From Leucoraja erinacea (Eukaryota): DNA of 64,000 nucleotides. Shown one piece after another: positions 63,746 to 64,000 of this stretch. Each line of letters starts with the position of its first letter. The stretch's first letter is position 1. Under the pieces are notes generated by a model that saw nothing but the letters and a program-made list of their open reading frames with translations, ran no database searches and was not told the origin of the DNA. The translations under genes and the position numbers were made by a program. The stretch spans positions 124,001-188,000 of the forward strand of contig NW_026576105.1 in NCBI RefSeq assembly GCF_028641065.1, given 5' to 3'.

Positions 63746-64000
63746 AAGACCTTTATCAAGTCAAGATACAAGATACAAGATACAAGATACATTTAATTGT
63801 CATTTGGATCCCTTGAGGTCCAAACGAAATGCCGTTTTTGCAGCCATACATTACAAACAAATAGACCCAAGACACAACATAATTTACATAAACATCCATC
63901 ACATTGCTGTGGTGGAAGGCCAAATAAACTTATCTCTCCCCTGCACCCCCCCCCCCCCCCCGATGTCAGAGTCTAAGGTTAAGTCCTCCCTTAACCTCCT

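Overview
Eukaryotic (vertebrate) genomic DNA, very probably a cartilaginous fish, likely a skate or ray. This is inferred from the HER1/CR1-type LINEs, tRNA-derived SINEs, Penelope and Rex1/Babar repeats, and the expanded two-exon GPR139-like receptors. The window is part of a T-cell receptor alpha/delta-type V array. It holds four germline V segments, each with a 22/23-bp-spacer RSS: two on + and two on -. Three have intact 46-nt leader exons. These V segments are interdigitated with a family of GPR139-like class A GPCR genes: three complete two-exon genes, one exon 2 whose exon 1 lies beyond the window, and one orphan exon 1. The most striking structure is that orphan GPCR exon 1 (21577-21646), which keeps its TATA box and splice donor and shows 5 synonymous to 1 nonsynonymous change versus its paralog. 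A CR1 LINE joins it to a V segment whose own leader appears decayed, and splicing the two would give an in-frame GPCR-exon-1/TCR-V chimera. The rest is retroelement debris, some with clear TSDs and Penelope hammerhead-ribozyme cores, plus local segmental duplications, a 187-N gap, and about 6 kb of probably low-quality sequence after the gap.
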